A program made the position numbers and the translations under genes. 64,000 nt of DNA from Octopus sinensis (taxonomy: Eukaryota): contig NC_043018.1 of assembly GCF_006345805.1 (NCBI RefSeq), positions 8,680,001 to 8,744,000 of the forward strand, in the 5' to 3' direction. Positions 61,718 to 64,000 of this stretch are shown piece by piece. Each line of letters starts with the position of its first letter. The first letter of the stretch is position 1. The notes below the pieces were generated by a model. It did not search any database. It saw only the letters and a list, made by a program, of their open reading frames with translations, and was not told the origin of the DNA.

Positions 61718-63866
61718 GGTTGTTGTTTTAGGTCCCCCTGGTTAGCTCTGATTGAGCAAACACTGAAAGGTGTTCCACTTGTGGCCATCCTGTCTTTCCA
61801 CAGGTGTAGTGAGTCCCAACCTACATTTCCAAAATTAAAAAAATTTAAGACTGAAGGTTGAGATTTGGCTGCTATTTCAAGCAGGTTATGGAATCACTTA
61901 TAAACTACCCCCCACTGTATTATAAGAAACAAGCCAACCAGTTATAATCCATCTCCCTACACCTGTCCCCCACCCCCACATGCTCATGGCAGGAATTGAG
62001 TTGTTTAACATTTAGACTAAAATGTCCCCTCATGGGGCCCTAGTGTTTGTGTGATTCATTGTTGTTGTTGTTTATCCCATATAACCCTTATGGGCATCTT
62101 TTGAGATTTATCACTCATTAGGGGTGTGCTCCTATGGATGCTTGGACATGGAAATACACAAGTTGCATATCCAACAGCATTAAAGAAAGTCCTTCTTCAA
62201 CCAGTTCTAAACAGAACTGGGATATTACCCAGTTTGGGCGCAAGAGTGGCTGTGTGGTAAGTAGCTTGCTTACCAACCACATGGTTCTAGGTTCAGTCCC
62301 ACTGCGTGGCACCTTGGGCAAGTGTCTTCTACTATAGCCTTGGGCCGACCAAAGCCTTGTGAGTGAATTTGGCAAACAGAAAATGAAAGAAGCCCGTTGT
62401 ATATATATATGTATGTGTGTGTGTGTGTGTGTATATGTTTGTCTGTCTGTGTCCCCAGCATCGCTTAACAACCGATGCTGGTGTGTTTGTGTCCCCCGTA
62501 ACTTAGCAGTTCGGCAAAAAGAGACCGATAGAATAAGTACTAGGCTTACAAAGAATAAGTCCTGGGGTCGAATTGCTCGACTAAAGGCAGTGCTCCAGCA
62601 TGGCCACACTCAAATGACTGAAACAAATAAAAGAGTACTGTTACCCTAAATCCTAATGTGGGATAACGTTTTTAGGGGACCTGTCAATTCAAGGTTGTTT
62701 TGGATTCTGTTATCCAAGGCATGATTTCAGGTTCAGTTCCACCGTGTGGCACAATGGGTAAATAGCTTCAAATACAGCCTCAGGCCAACCAAACTCTTGT
62801 GACGGGGATTTGATTGACAGAAACTGAAAGAAGCCTGTCATGTATATATCTGTGTATCTGTGTATGTGTGTCTTTGTATCTCTTTGTCCCCTACTACTGC
62901 TTGACAACCGATGTTGGTGTGTTTACATCCCCTTTATCTTCTTAGCAGTTCAGTGTAAGAGACCGATAAGTACTGGTGTCAATTTATTTAATTAAAAATT
63001 CTTCAAGGCAGTGCCCCAGCATGGCTACAGTCCACTGACTAACACAAGTAGATGATAGATGTTGTAGGTGTAATATAGCTACATGGTTTAGCAGTTCACT
63101 TTGCAATCACAAGGTCTTGTGTTCAATCCCATCACATAGCATCTTGGGAAAGTGTTATTTATTTTCTTTAGCCTTCAGGTCAGCCTTGTGAGTGAAACTG
63201 GGCAGACACTAAGTAGAAGTTTGTCAAATAGATTGAACTTGTAATTTATAAGTCTGGCTATGTTGCATGGGTTCTGCTAGAGAATTACATTATGGGTACA
63301 CATATCTGTGAAATACTCAACCATGTATATGTTAATTCAATGAACCTGGTGATTCAGTTGATTGAACAACTGAAAACACGTGGTCAGAAATTCCATGTTT
63401 TTTTGTTTTTTATTAAAAAAACTTTTTTTTAAAGGCAGCAATCTGGTAGACTTGTGAGCATACAATGGCAGTGCCCCAGCATGGCCACAGCTCGTCAGCT
63501 GAAACTAGATAAAATGAAAATGATAAAATGAAAAATACAAGACAAAATGCTTAGCAACATTTCTTCTGGTTTTATGCTGGGGTCAACTTTGCCTTTCATC
63601 CTTTTGGGGGTCGATAAACTAAGTACCAGTCAAGTACTGGGGTCAATGTAAATTGACTAATCCTACCCTTAAAATTTCAGGCTTTGTGCCTAATGTAAGA
63701 AAAAAAAGAAGTCACTAGTCCTAATTGTCTGCAGCAGGACTAAAGAGTCCCTTGTGTTTGGAATTGCTTCTCCCCTACACAAGTTGACTGCCCTTTCGTT
63801 TGTAGAGTTCCTGTTTTCTTTACTAAGGGACAAGGTTGGAAAAATTGCAGGGAGCTTGTTACTTCT

Positions 63867-63949
63867 TCATGGCAAAAAGGCTTTATCGTCAGAATTGAGT
63901 ATTGCATTTGCATGGAGTGTGATTATTGCAAGGCATTGAGACATGAACT
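63867..63949 (-). CDS. Possible terminal exon of an unidentified convergent gene (FMSQCLAIITLHANAILNSDDKAFLP*)
   Basis: Minus-strand polypyrimidine acceptor ttttcacactttgcatatccacttttcag in unique sequence; no recognisable homology. Confidence 0.2.
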
Positions 63950-64000
63950 CTGAAAAGTGGATATGCAAAGTGTGAAAAGAAATGAAGCGAGCATGCTTCA

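Overview
AT-rich, repeat-dense animal genomic DNA. The SINE/MITE repertoire and microsatellites resemble octopus (coleoid cephalopod); this is inferred, not checked. The window holds one intact + strand protein-coding gene, the invertebrate USP16/USP45 deubiquitinase. I assembled it by hand from 19 GT-AG exons (ATG 11512 to TGA 59949; 3081 nt, about 1026 aa) with consistent phases: ZnF-UBP domain, Cys box GISNLGNTCFLNAVLQ, QQQD box, long acidic insertion, His box GGHYTAY. Introns contain several tRNA-derived SINE families, a (GAT)n-tailed retroposon, TTAA piggyBac-like MITEs, two Helitron-like elements, a hAT-like MITE, a TA-flanked MITE and CR1/L2-like LINE 3' ends. Most notable extras: (1) short elements carrying type I hammerhead ribozyme motifs, all antisense to the gene, including an intact core at 58559-58650 and a tRNA-headed SINE fused to a hammerhead at 12203-12439; (2) hidden splicing signals in the 16.5-kb intron 8 (18-nt in-frame microexon, 102-nt cassette, alternative last exon, recursive-splice-like site); (3) long fold-back structures that are candidate A-to-I editing substrates. 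Almost all other ORFs in the track are spurious translations of repeats.
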